Source: the human T2T-CHM13v2.0 reference genome, Homo sapiens. From it: 64,000 bases of DNA. Position 1 is the first letter of the stretch, and each line of letters opens with the position of its first letter. Position numbers and translations under genes: made by a program. Shown piece by piece: positions 12,587-29,424 of this stretch. Where the stretch lies: assembly GCF_009914755.1 (NCBI RefSeq), contig NC_060931.1. The stretch is one strand, 5' to 3'. The notes beneath the pieces are model-generated. The model worked only from the letters and a program-made list of their open reading frames with translations. It did not search any database and was not told the origin of the DNA.

Positions 12587-13819
12587 AAAGGCATGTCAGA
12601 TAAAGAATCTGTATCTAGAATATGTAAAGAACTCTCGAAAAGGTAAGAAGATAATTTTAAAAGTAGGCCAAAAAACTGAACAGACATTTCACCAAAGAAG
12701 ATATACAAATGGAAAATAAGCACACGAAAGAATGTTCAGTATTTAGTCATTAGGAAAATGTCAACTAAAACCATAATCTGATACCACTACCCCACTCATT
12801 GATTAAAAATTGAAAAAAAAAAGGAAAAAAGGAAAAAACAGACAACATGGCAAGGATGTGGAACAACTGAAGTTCTCAGGCATTGCGGGTGGTCATGTGA
12901 AATGACACAGCCACTTTGAAAAGTTGTTTGGCAGTTTCCTAGGAATTAAGTATGTACTTAACCACACAAATCTAAAAATCTTGCTTCATGACTCTTACCC
13001 AAGAAAAATGAAAACTTCTGTCCCCACAAAAACTGAATGTTTACAGTGGTCTTTACTCACAATCACTAAAAACTAGTAAAAGCCCAAATGTCCTTCAGCT
13101 GGTGAATTCATAAATACACTGTGTTTATCCATACAATGGAATACAGATAAAATTCAGCCAGAAAAACAAATTTGTAATACAGATGAGAAAAATGAATTTC
13201 AACTGTATTGTGGTGACAGAATCCAGACCCAAAAGGCCTCATACTGTACGATTCCATTTAATTGTCATTCTAGAAAAGGCAAAATTATAGGAATAAAAGG
13301 CAGATCAGTGGTGGCCAGGCACTGAAGGTAGGTAAGAGTGATCTGGGGGGGCTTTTGAAACTGTTCTAGATCTTGATTTGGTGCGGTACACATTTGTCAA
13401 AACACATGAAAAAATACACTAAAAAGGGTGAATTTTATATATAAATTATACCGTAATAGAACTGACCAAAAAACACATAGGAATAAACTAAATGCCTCTG
13501 AGATTTTTTTCAAGTCTAATGGATCAATAGGAATAAACATGGTCTGAGAGATAGAACCTACACTAACAGAACAAATCTCGTATAGGCTCTATCCAAAGCA
13601 ATAAGTACTGATCCAGTCTAATAATGATGATGATGATGAGGCTAAATAACATAGCCCCCACATTCCCTGGCTACAAAAAAAATATATGCTCATAAGATCT
13701 TTTTATCTCCTAAGACCCAAGATCAATCATCAGCACCCACATGGTCATTTCCATATGGCTTTGTCTGTCTCCTGACTTGACCTACTTTCCCAGCCAACTC
13801 TGATCTTTCTTACTCCTCT

Positions 13820-14600
13820 TTGTTCTCTGGTACTCCCAATCTGTCATCAGCAAAATCCACAGGTATCCTAAACATTTTATGTAAATGCTCTCTTGACCAT
13901 CTTGCTGTATCTGAAAGCTGAGTTCCTTTGAGGACACTGCTTCTCTTATAGCCTTAGTCGTCTCATGGGGTTGCTATTTTCTCTCTCAAATCTCTGTGCC
14001 ACAAGGCCAGCAGTTTCAATAGTTGTCTTTCTTGTGCTTATTGCTCCTTCCAAATCATTGTTCTTCTCATATCAATAGAAACTTCTAGCAATTTGAAAGT
14101 AACCTCTGACATCATAGTACCCAATACCCCTCCCTGTTGTGGTCACCTACTGACATCCATCTCATGGGGCATTTCTTGAAGAGTTTAGCTTGTGGCTCCC
14201 TCTGTCCCTTCAACACCAGTGTTTTCACAGTTCTTCATATCCCTGTAGAAAATCCTTCCCCTATCTCAGCCTTTACGTCTCATGATCATCACCTCACCTC
14301 CAGTAACCTTGATCCTTCTGCGACTCACTCTCCAGTCATACCTCCAACAACTCTTCCACCTTCTCACTGTCAGCTGATAGCCTCATTTCTCATTTCATGA
14401 AAAATAGAAGCAGTAAGAGAATGTCCTCATTCTCCATCCAGTGGTCTACCCACCTAACTGCACGTTTACTGTGTACTCCACCTTCCCCACTATTCCTTCA
14501 GATGAATATGTTTCCATCTAAGCTCAACCCTTCCACTTGTGAACTAGTACTCAATCCGGCTCACACAATAGAGGAAGTCACTCTTGCAGTTGGCTGCTAT
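13820..14600 (+). mobile_element. L2 ORF (endonuclease-region) remnant
   Basis: Pyrimidine-rich; ctctggtactcccaatctgtcatcagcaaaatcc...cttgctgtatctgaaagctg...tgaggacactgcttc resembles the L2 EN N-terminus. Confidence 0.7.
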
Positions 14601-15779
14601 CACTGTCGGAATAAACCAACCGTCGAAGAACCATCTGGACACAATCAACTTTCAATTTCCTCTATGAGGATTACACACTTTATGCACTCTTCCTCTTCAT
14701 TCAGTCTACCTCCTATCCCATCATCTCCACTCCCTCCTGGCCTGCCAACATGAAACAATTTTAGTGTTTCTTGATCAGGGGTAAATTGTACCTGTAGATG
14801 TCTATCTGGTGGCAAGCTGCACCTAAACTCCCACCCCAAAAGGCTACATAAAGCGGCAGAGCACAGATTCTTTGGTGAGATCACAATTCAGCCCCATCTA
14901 TAAAGCAAGCACTTACTGATTATCTGACCTTAGACTCTGCACCTCACCCGCCTCTGTGCATCTCAGGTACCTTCGTGCTTGCTTGGCTTTAGCCAACTGC
15001 TCTGACTTGACACATTGCTACTGTTTATTCGCAGCTGGACCTCTGGCCAGCTAAGTAGACTATGTTCACTTTTTCAGAATAAATCAAGATGCATTATAGC
15101 ACATGAAAAGATAAAAATTGCCAAAGGAAGCATTTAGCAAAAGAAAAACAGGCATTTATAGATCTCCTTCCAAGAGTCTGCCCATCTAACCCTGTTTCTC
15201 GGTTTTATGAACACTCACGCAGCCTTGGCAAAAAGAAAAGGTGATGCTCAAGAGTACCTTGCTGCATACTTCCCAACTTTAATTCAGGTGCCACGGGCCT
15301 TAGATAGAAATCTCCCAGCTCAGAGCAGAACAATGATTCTACTCAAACCACTTGTCCTCTCACCAAGAGTACAGGCCTACTCTACCTCATGCACAAAGGA
15401 TGGGCTCTGTTTTGCTACAGGTGGTTCTGGTAAATAGGATCAAAATGACTGCTTTATTATCAATCAAACCACATAAAGTTGGGTCAGGGCAGAAAGGACT
15501 GGACACCAGTTCTGGATATAACTGACTCATTTAGCAGTATGCCTCTAAAATCCTTTCCCAGGCAACCCAACCCACCCACCTTGGTTCATAAACTGCCTGT
15601 GCCATATCTGGCCTCTGGTTTCCCCTCACAAATACTATTTTCCAAACTTACATCTGTTTATTTCTTCTTTACCGCTGCCATGTCCCTTAAATATTTTTCT
15701 CATGTCTAAAAACTCCAGAAAAAAATCATTAGCTAAAATTAACTAAGCATATCAATGGTTTTGAATATAGGCAATGTTT

Positions 15780-15915
15780 GTATTCCTGTGTTATAAATCG
15801 GGAATCTCAGGTTCAGGTAATTTAAGTAGCCAAAGGTCATACAAGTGAAGGTCAGTGCTCAAATATGAATTTGGGGCTCTTATTTGAACCCCTCTTACTT
15901 TCCATTAGGCCATGC
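15780..15915 (-). mobile_element. MIR fragment
   Basis: gggaatctcaggttcagg..ttaagtagccaaaggtcatacaagt, MIR core in reverse. Confidence 0.5.
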
Positions 15916-17518
15916 TGCTGCTAGTAGCGGTAAAGGAAGGACACAAGGCATAACAGTCTATGAGGCCAAAGGCAGTAAGAAACAGTGTGGAATTGTGTGT
16001 GGCACATAGTAGGTACTCGTGCTGAAAACAACATTGAGTTACTCAATGAATATACAATTGATTCCCAGATTCCATGGGCTTCAAACTCATTTCTACAATC
16101 CATGATTTCCTATTTCTTCTCCATGCTAAGCAGAGCCTGCTGCCATATGGTAACTTTGCCAGTAACAGTCTAGCTGCTTCTAACCAGGGCCTGCTTTCCC
16201 TTGGCTTTAGCACTCAAAGGTCAACTTGACCTTGCAGGGAAAGTGAGCAGGGAGCAAGCACCTCTGAGGACACGGCAGACAGCTGCAGTGTGGCTTTGAC
16301 ATTTACAAGAAATGAAAGCATCTCTATTTAGAAAACTTTTTTAAAGATACAGAAAAAGTAAGTCTAAAAATAGCCAAGATCTAAAGTTCCCCAAATAATT
16401 AATATCATGTCCCCATAACCTAAAGGATTCTCTTGATTTCAGTGGAAAAAAACTCTGCTTTTAAGTTTGAGAGACCTTTTTTCTTGCAGAAAACTGGGCA
16501 ACATATTGTCTGATTGGGTAACTTCTTTGAAGCCTGCCTTTATTAGGAGTTAGCTGCTAGTCTGCTCTTCCTTGGATCTCAAATATTTTGGTTAAAAAAA
16601 GCAGTATTTTTAGTATTGCTGATTTATAGTTATCAAAAGGCTATGATTGCAGATCATGCACAGTGCATCCATCTGGGCAATTATCTTTTGGTTCTAATGG
16701 TTAGAACTGTGGCAGTTTCTGAGGTGTTAGAGTTCAGGTTCAATTCAAAGCATCAATGATGCTCTTCATACTAGACCAGGATCTGCCTCTGTAAGACAGA
16801 CTCAATTCCCTTCTCTTCTTTTTTTGCAACAACCACAGCCATTACCCCAGCCTCAAATTCATATCCATTGGTTCAGAAGCCCTAAGGAAGGGCATTGATT
16901 TCAGAGAGGAAGCCCAACATGTGCAGGATTTTTTGCCCTGGATCCAGTGATATCTTTGAGAATCAGAAACACTTATTCTAATGTATTTTAATTTACTTTT
17001 CAAATGGAGCATTTAAACAAAAACTGTTTATTGGGTTCAAATTCAGAGCCAAGTTGTGTGTCGAGAGAGTCTTAATTTTTCATAACAGGACATGTTTGGC
17101 TCTAATGTGTGGGTTATGAGTCAATATATCAAATTTGACTAAAGTATTTGCTCTAAGTAGGGAGCAAGCCATTTAGCATTACAAATCCTGAACTTTTTGC
17201 AGGAAGGAGGGAAATAACTTTGATTTCTAAGCTCTCTTATTAAGATGAATCAAAGTTGATGAATAAACTTTCTGGATTGCTTAATACCTTCCAGATATCA
17301 GTATCAAGGCCTTGGCAAGGCAGGTGAAAATATTTCCATGAGCAAGAAGCAATTGAGAAGGACTTCCTCTGTGGGATAAATTCTTGGTAATTCCTGTGGG
17401 AAATTTTCCTTTATCCTAACATCTTTTTTTTTTTTTTTGCCTTGCCCAATTCTCAGTGTTTTTAAATACACAAAATACGGCTTTCTACTAAAAACTGGTA
17501 AATGAAGTTGGAAAAATA

Positions 17519-17521
<3 letters not shown>

Positions 17522-17563
<42 letters not shown>
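17522..17563. repeat. (AC)21 microsatellite
   Basis: Seen directly. Confidence 0.98.
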
Positions 17564-17565
<2 letters not shown>

Positions 17566-18538
17566 TAGCCCTTTTATTGCAGCCATGTACGTAGCTTCGC
17601 TGAAGAGTTGACAAGATATATTGTGCAGCCACAGAGAGACACCACATCTTCCTTCCTCCCAGCACAACTTGTACAGTGATTAAATGTGATTAAAGTCTCA
17701 GGAACTTGGACACAGTCATATCTATTTTGGTACCACTGTCTTGATCCATCCCTACAGCCAGAAGGGAATCACCCTCTTTGTGTAAATGTTTGCTTTGTTG
17801 GAAATTCTCAAGCAGAAATTAATAGTATACATGCTTCAGGAGGAGTAGTAAATCAAGCATGATAAACAACTCCTAGGCAGTGTTTAGACTGGCCAAAAGT
17901 CATCTTAAGAATCGTGCACAATGATAGAATACCACGTTTGGCATCTATACACCAGAACTATCTATAAACAAAAAGCAAAATGGAGATCTGTCAATTAACC
18001 AACTAGTCTGATTAATGGGATCTGTCAGCATAGGTGGATAATAAATGACTAGAAAAGTAGCAAGTCTCCACTCATTCTATGTGGTGTAGACACAGTTAAA
18101 TGAATCATGAATGTTTAGTGCTCTTTATAGCAGTTAGCGAACACACTTGGAACTTGTCTCGAAATTAGTTTTGATCTCTTGTTTGAAGTCAGATGCCAAT
18201 ATTCTAGACCCCTATGACATCATCTATTACAGACTCCTGGTTATCGAAGAGTTGAAACTAGTCAGATAGAATTGGCATGAAAAGAATTTTCAACAGAAAA
18301 CAATCATGTTCAAGGAAGCCAAGTCTAGGATTTCAGGAGCTCAAAGTTTCAAATATTTTTATAAAAACATACATACATACACACACATACATACATTCAT
18401 GTGGAGAGAGAAAATGAAAAGCAAGAAGACCTTTTCTTCCTTAGTCCAAATCCAATTTAATAATTATCCAGGGTATTCTCAGTAAAAACCAGGTATTTAT
18501 GCCTCTATATGTATGTCACCAAAATGGAGCCAGCTTAC

Positions 18539-18587
18539 CTGAAGGTCCTCTGAGGCTGTCACTTTCCTCTAGTGCTGTCCCATAAAC
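18539..18587 (-). other. Candidate internal exon (49 nt)
   Basis: Minus strand: ccctttgttattgtatatccttcag|GTTTATGG...CCTTCAG|gtaagc; near-consensus donor and acceptor in unique sequence. Confidence 0.5.
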
Positions 18588-19764
18588 CTGAAGGATATAC
18601 AATAACAAAGGGGACAATTCCGTGGGACGAAAATCTTATTTTAAATAACTTCTCTATACTGACTTCAAGCCAAATGAAAAAACTACAGCTTTTTTGGAAT
18701 TTTATTCCATTTCTGTTGTCTGATTCATAAGTGTTGTTAAATATTTACCAGGAACCTGCCAACAGTTTCTCAACATTAGTTAATCATAGCTAATGCTATT
18801 CCATTAACAACTCAATAAACTTCTTTAAAGTTGTACAAGGTAAATTTCAGTACCTTAACACTGCTAACCCATCCTTGTAGAATAAATATTTGCTTTGAGT
18901 TTCTCTATGCCAAGATTTATGGGATCAAGTAATCTAAATCTCCTTTTGTAAATAAGGTGTGCCCTCAAGAGGATGAGAGTGCAGACTCTACAGTCTTGTC
19001 TGCCTTCTCTCCACAGGTCCTTGAATAAAGCGTTCCATGTCTCCAGATAAACAGACTTGGGGCACTTCTGACCAGTATCCCAGCAGCAGAGGCTTTGGGA
19101 AATATTTTCAAGACGGTTCAAGCCTCCCTTCCACAGATTCTCTCACATCTGCCAGCCTGAAGTGGGCTGTGTTGGTTCATGTCTACCAGGACACTAAATG
19201 GCTGAAGGCCATTTTTTCTATTCTAATTATTGTTGCTTCTTTGTAACAATTTTTATAAAAGTCCAGCCTAATTTCTTTCCCAGCACACATGTATCTTCAG
19301 ACACACATCTAAATCCAGGCTTTCATGATTAATCCTACTCTGAGTCAGCTGGGATAGAGCTCTGATGATGGGATATCCTACATGGTCATTAACTGCTGTT
19401 TGCACAAACACATCACTCAACGTGACTTCCAGTGGATCTACCTTGTATGCAGAGTAGAAAGCTGCTTGTATGGAGTGACTTCTCTGTTGCCTGACCAACC
19501 ACATGCAAAAATAACCTTTCCACTCACTGATACTGAATTCTACCAAAGAAGACAAGCCATCCAATCAACAACTCTCATAGTAAAGCACATGGCAAACATT
19601 ATAACTGTATTACTGTATTATAAAACTGTATTATTAAAGTCTACTCTTACAGAATACTCGAGGAAATTAAAAAATGACAAATTCTCATTTATGTACACAC
19701 CACTTATATCAGGTTCTTCTGGAGAATATATTCTGTTTGACGGAAGAGGAAGGAAGAGAGGATA

Positions 19765-19960
19765 AATTATGTTTATTGGAGAACTACCTAACCCAGACTT
19801 TGTACTAGGTGCTTTTTGAAAATTATCTCTTTAATTTCTGCAACCACAATAAGCCACAGATAACCCTGTCTTTGCTTCAGAGATGATTGTGCCCAGTCTC
19901 ATAGGAGTTAAGCAATTTTTCCCAAGTCCTATAGCTGGTAAATAATCAGTTTAAGATTCA
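19765..19960 (-). mobile_element. MIR
   Basis: tttattggagaactacc...tgtactaggtgcttt...ggagttaagcaatttttcccaagtcctatagctggtaaat. Confidence 0.65.
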
Positions 19961-20731
19961 AGTAAATCATTTTATCAAAGCAACATTGAGGCAAGAAAGA
20001 AGAGTATGATATACAATTTTTAAAAGCCCAGACACCCACACATTTCCTGTAAGGAAAAAAATGTATTGATGTGTATGATAAAAATTAGGCCCTCAGCTCC
20101 TTGAAAAAGAATTGTTTGAGCCCCTGTAAATCTTTACCCAGTTAGTGTTCAAATAAATATTCCTGTAAAGATATCTTCAGGGTGAGAAAAGCCATAAACA
20201 AACTCCATTGTCATTTCCAGCATTTAAATCAGGACTAATCACAAGGAGCCAGTGTTAGCCCAATCCCCCTCACCTAGTTCCCCTCACTCTTTGCCAATAC
20301 GCAGTTTTTAATCTGTTTCAGGAAGGAGTCCGAGGCGGTTTGGAAATACAAATTAACCTGAAACTACTTCCTAAGGCATTACCAGAAATCACGTTTTAGA
20401 TTTCAAGATGACTTGCATTGTTCTAAACTTCCAGGCTGTGCCAATGGCCACAAAGGTAAATGGGGCATTGGGACAACCATGTGAAGGACTAAGTTGCAAC
20501 ATGAAGCAAGCACACTCTTCCGCATGAGTCACCTGAAAATGAAAAGAGAAGAATAGCTGGAAAAGATGATACTGTCTGACAACAGCATTTCAAATAAGAC
20601 ACAAAAAACTTGTCTGCATTTGCTTTCAGGTCATGAAATACCACATGAACTGAATGTTTGAGAACCCATTAGCTATGGATCACCCTGATTCAACAACCCA
20701 ATTAATCATATTCTCAGGTCTATGGCATAAT

Positions 20732-20941
20732 CAGTGTTTCTCAACCTACACTGCGTAATAAAATTACCTGAGGAAATTTTTGGCTTTTTGAGTGTTTTTA
20801 TTTAAAAAGAAAAAAAAAATCAATGCCTGGACCCCAATACCAAAAATTTGGATTCATTGCTATAGGGTAGAGGCCAGGCACTAGTATTTTTAAAAAAGCT
20901 TTCCAGGTGATTCTAATGTGAGTCATGGTTGAGCACCACTG
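20732..20941. mobile_element. MER5A/MER5B (hAT-Charlie)
   Basis: Inverted termini cagtgtttctcaacc ... ggttgagcaccactg; ccaggtgattctaatgtg core. Confidence 0.85.
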
Positions 20942-22124
20942 TTAGTTGTATGAAGTGGATTTAGAAATCTTATCCCTTAGACCCTTAGGGTTGCCAGAGC
21001 TGTCATGGCTATGAAACCTGCAAGAATTTGGGCAAGTTACTGGTCCCTGAGACTGTTTCCAAATCTCCAAAGTGAAAGCCAGAACACCTTTTAGGCACAT
21101 GCTTTATCATGGAGGCCTGACGATCATGGTTTCAAAATAAATATCTGTGAACCTAGATACTTTATTTTCCTTCAATCATTTTTGATTCATATGTCTTTAG
21201 AATGTACACTGAAATGTAAATTGTATGTGAATATATCTTCCACATGTAACAGCATTACTTCTTTTGACTATGTAACTTAAATTATGTTTTCAGGATGCCA
21301 AAACAATTGGCTCAAAAGTAGGAAAATATTGTTACCTAATATTTGCTGCGTCTCTATATCCCTAAGTTAGAAAAACAGCACGTTTTGATTTTATGTTTGT
21401 TGATTTTATTCTATTTAAAAAAGACCAGCTACCCCATATTTAGAGGCTCCTACTTCATATCAAGACTCAAGTTGCAAGTCTTGGAAACAAAATAAAACCC
21501 CAAACTTAGTGCTTTAGACTTTTTATACATCCTACCCTATGTTACTGAGAAATTTGTTGTTGTGAGAAGGAAGACTTTAACTTGCATATGTACATATACA
21601 TGCAAGTATGCTAGCATGATTCCTGAAACAAAGTGTTTACTAGATATTTATTAAGATTGTTTTTAAATATGAACTTCAACATCTTGATTGAATGATGAAA
21701 CATGGACATATGAATCAAACTTTGGTATCTGCTCACTATCAAATGCTATAGAATCAAGAAAGTGAGAGCAACAATATTTCCTGTGCAACACACTACACAC
21801 CTTAAATTTGGAAATATCTTTTGCTTTCATGAAAGTTTTATGATAATTCCTATTTACAAATTTTGAGGGGTGGTTTATAATTCTACTGTATTCTGTATCT
21901 GTAATCAAATCTTTGACAAATCAGTTGAATTTTCCCCCACAAACATAAAAGACACAGAATCAATAAATAAAAATACTAAGATACTTCACACAGCATCTTT
22001 TGACATTTGTAAAGAATTTTAGAGTACAAAGTAATTCTCTTTTAGTGAATGCATGGATTATACTATTATATAGAAGAGCACTACTTAGATCATAGTAGAG
22101 AAGGATATATCTACGACCCTATGA

Positions 22125-22610
22125 GACTGATGCTGCTAGTTGTTGCCAATATTTACCCTCACACTTCATTCCTTGGGGTAGCAATGTGCCCTGGCACAGG
22201 TGATAGAGTATGACTAGACTGACCAAGTCATAATTTTGTTCCTTATTTCCCAGTCTCCCTTGCAGCCAGGTATAGTTATGTGGTCCAGTCCTGGCTATGA
22301 GAAGTACAGGGAAGTCTCCTGGTAGGCTTCTGTCATTGTGCTTTCCTGACAAAAGGAGATAGGCACAAGAGGCATAGCCCATTCCCTCCAGCTTCCTGCT
22401 TAATGAGGCATCCTGTAATTAACTGAAGTTTCAGAAGCTATCTTGTGACCATAGGCAGCAATCCTAAGGATAAAAGACAACAAAACAAGGACAATTGGAC
22501 TAAAAGATAAAAAGATCCTGGATCTTTGATGGAAGCATCAGGGAGCTAAATCAATGCCAGCAAACACCTACTCTGGACTTCCTATTATATGAGAAAAGTA
22601 AACTACTTAG
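22125..22610 (+). mobile_element. Old ERVL solo LTR (LTR16/LTR33-like)
   Basis: tttcccagtctcccttgcagccagg, gctatcttgtgaccat, ctggatctttgatg and ctggacttcctattatatgagaaaagtaaac motifs. Confidence 0.65.
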
Positions 22611-22663
22611 GAGAAAATCATAATCCCCATGTCTGAAAGAGATTTTAAAGCATGTATTTTCTC

Positions 22664-22740
22664 ACAAATCACCACTAAAGAACTTACTCATGTAACTAAA
22701 TACAACCTGTACCCCAATAACTTATGGAAATATAGAATAA
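22664..22740 (+). mobile_element. L1PB-type extreme 3' end
   Basis: caaatcaccactaaagaacttactcatgtaactaaatacaacctgtaccccaataacttatggaaata. Confidence 0.75.
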
Positions 22741-24217
22741 ATAAATTTCATATGGGATCAAAGAAGACCCTGTAGAGCCAAGACAATCCTAAGCAAAAAG
22801 AATAAAGCTGGAGGCATCACGCTACCTGACTTCAAACTATACTACAAGGCTACAGTAACCAAAGCAGCATGGTACTGGTACCAAAACAGACCCATAGACC
22901 AACGGAACAGAACAGACCCCAGAAATAACACCACACATCTACAACTATCTCATCTTTGACAAACCTGACAAAAGCAATGCGGAAAGGCTCTTCTACTCAA
23001 TAAATGGTACTGGGAAAACAGGCTAGCCATATGCAGAAAACAGAAACTGGACCCTTTCCTTACACCTTATGCAAAAATTAACTCAAGATGGATTAAAGAC
23101 AAGTGTAAAACCCCAAACCATAAAAACCCTAGAAGAAAACCTAGGCAATACCATTCAGGACATAGGCATGGGGAAAGACTTCATCTCTAAAATACTAAAA
23201 GCAATTGTAAAGAAAGCTGAAATTGACAAATGGGATCTAATTAAACCAAAGAGCTTCTTCTGCACAGCGAAACAAACTATCATCAGAGTGAACAGGAAAC
23301 CTACAGAATGGGAGAAAATGTTTGCAATCTACTCATCAGACAAAAATCCAGAATTTACAAGGAACTTAAACAAATTTACAAGAAAAAAGCAAACAACCTC
23401 ATCAAAAAGTGGGCAAAGGATATGAAGACACTTCTCAAAAGACGACATTTACGTGGCCAACAAACATGAAAAAAAAGCTCAACACCACCAATCATTAGAG
23501 AAATGCAAATCAGAAACCACAATGCGATACCATCTCATGCCAGTCAGAATGGTGATTATTAAAAAGTCAAGAAACAATAGATGCTGGCAAGGCCATGGAG
23601 AAATAGGAACACTTTTACACTGTTGGTGAGAATGTAAATTAGTTCAACCATTGTGGAAGACATTATGGCAATTCCTCAAGCATCTAGAACCAGAAATATC
23701 ATTTGACCCAGCAATCCCATTACTGGGTATATACCCAAAGGAATATAAATCATTCTACTATACAGACATATGCACATGTATGTTTATTGCATCATTATTT
23801 ACACAGCAAAGACATGGAACCAACCCAAATGCCCATCAATAATAGACTGGATAAAGAAAATGTGATACATATACACCATGAAATATTATGCAGCCATAAA
23901 AAGGGATGAGATAATGTCCTTTGCAGGGACATGGATGAAGGTAGAAGCCATCATCCTCAGCAAACTAACACAGGAATGGAAAACCAAGCACTGCATCTTC
24001 TCACTCATAGTGGGATTTGAACAATAAGAACACATGGACACAGAGAGGGGAACAACACACCACCAGGGTCTGTTGGAGGGTGGGGGATGAGGGGAGGGAA
24101 TTTAGAGGATGGATCAAAAGGTGCAGCAAAACACCATGGCATATGCATACCTATGTAACACACCTGCACATTCTGTACATGTATCCCAGAATTTAAAGTA
24201 AAAGAAAAAAAGAAAAA
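22741..24217 (+). mobile_element. 5'-truncated L1PA (L1PA10-12-like), ORF2 C-terminus + 3' UTR
   Basis: ORF-track peptides ([20 protein letters not shown]; FDPAIPLLGIYPKEYK); 3' end gtatcccagaatttaaagtaaaa + A-rich tail. Confidence 0.92.
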
Positions 24218-26036
24218 GAGTTGGAGAGAATTTAGGGTGTGTCCTGGCCAAGGTTACACAAAGAATGCAAGTAAAAGAAAGAATAACTACTGGACAAAAA
24301 ATAAAAATAAAAAATAAAATAAAATGATAACTTTTTTTTTCTGTCAATGAGAAATAATCTTTTATAACAAGTCAATCATTAGGAAAGACATTTCAAGCTC
24401 ACTTTCACTGTTGCCCTTATTTTTCTTCCTAATTCCTGACACTAAAAACAACTATTTCTACTACCTCCAACTACCTTAGTTATGGCCATATAAACAGACT
24501 CTTTCCCTCTCCCTCTCAAATATATGTGAATATATGTGTATATATGCATATTTACATAGCCAAATAATATATACTCAACTTTCTGAATAATTCCATCCAC
24601 TTGAAACCTAGTTTTAAATGTGTAGGAAAGCAATTAATATGAGCAATAGAGTACAGATTGCACAAGAGATGCTTCTAATATACTTTATTTCCACGACTAG
24701 ACAAATGCCTTTGCATATGTTTTAAGAATAATAAACTGACCACATATCCTTTCCAACTTAACGATTTATGAGGAAGTTGGTTTCAAATAAACCAAAACAG
24801 TGCTACCCACAGAAATAGCAGAGAGTAAGGATCTCTTAAAAGGGGCTTCTTCCTCACCACTGTGACTCATCAGAAGCCCGGATTTGAAGAATGCATTTGC
24901 CTTCAAAACCTGAAGGCTATTCTAATCCTGACTCCTTGTACAGACCTGGAAATTTACCTAAATTGTTAATGCCCTGGCTACCAAATTGACACAATAGTAA
25001 TTTCCTCCTGTTTATCTCATAAGATGTTGAGGAAGTTACCAAGAAATTTTAAAGTACTATACATATCAGTGCTATTAAAACATTTTTTATTTCATACACT
25101 CCACAAATACCCAGTTACCAATTTAAATATAACAAGTAGTCCTCTACATAACAGGGTACTATCAGCCAGACAATAAAATAACTAGCTTATTTTAGAGCAC
25201 ATAAAACATCTCATCCTTATATTTTTACTTGGATGAAACACAAGGTTATTAGCCTTAGTATTTTGTTTAATCAAAAGTCATTTAACCAAGTAACAATCTG
25301 ATGGACAAAGAGCCAAGCAGTAAAATTATAAATTTCCTTAAAGTTCTGGAAAAATATTCTACAGTTTCAATATGTTATATAATATGTTTAAACTATTCTA
25401 AAAAATGTACCCAGAGTCTCAATCTGTCCAGTCTGCATTAATCCACAAGAAAACAATAAGACTATGGTATATGACAGTTTATCCATAAAAAAACCACAAA
25501 GATATCTGCATAAAATATTTTTAAAACATCATATTCTAAAAAACATACAAATACAAACCATTTTTAGACATGTGCTTATGAAAAGTATTACAATCATGAG
25601 CATTTTCATGGTGCTCAGAAAGATAAGATTTAAGTGGTATGGTTATAACCAATTAATTGGAAAAACAGAAAAGCCAAAGAGATCACTTATAAAAGCAATT
25701 TTCTAGTATGTCCTGTGTTGAGAAAGGAAATGTATACTACCTACTTTCTAGGAGTCTATAATTAATATTACTTAATCTACTTTACTATCAATGTCATAAA
25801 AAGGCAAAGTATAGTTTTATTTTTCTTTTTTTATTATACTTTAAGTTCTAGGGTACATGTGCACAATGTGCAGGTTTGTTACATATGTATACAGGTGCTA
25901 TGTTGGTGTGCTACACCCATTAACTCGTCATTTACATTAGTTATATCTCCTAATGCTATCCCTCCCCACTCCCCTCACCCAACAACAAGCCCCGGTGTGT
26001 GATGTTCCCCGCCCTGTGTCCAAGTGTTCTCATTGT

Positions 26037-29362
<3,326 letters not shown>

Positions 29363-29424
29363 TATGATGTTAACTGGTTACTTTGCTCATTAGTGATGCA
29401 GTTTCTTCCTAGCATCGATGGTCT

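Larger units (their letters stand above)
6960..13470 (+). mobile_element. Ancient, long, fragmented L1 (L1MD/L1ME-like 3' end) hosting three nested insertions
   Basis: Collinear decayed ORF1 (7700-9200), ORF2 EN (9800-10450), ORF2 to ~13000 and a 3' UTR ending aaaagggtgaattttatat..aaattatacc; 5' boundary uncertain. Confidence 0.8.

Noticed and set aside
19268-19765. Overlapping 98-aa and 127-aa ORFs in unique sequence
   Set aside because: No splice signals, domain or codon pattern that I can support
21580-21607. Inverted repeat acttgcat...atgcaagt
   Set aside because: Only 8-bp arms around alternating purine/pyrimidine sequence; expected by chance
24859-24910. Minus-strand exon candidate (tagccttcag|GTTTTG...CAGTG|gtgagg)
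   Set aside because: Poor pyrimidine tract with a nearby upstream AG
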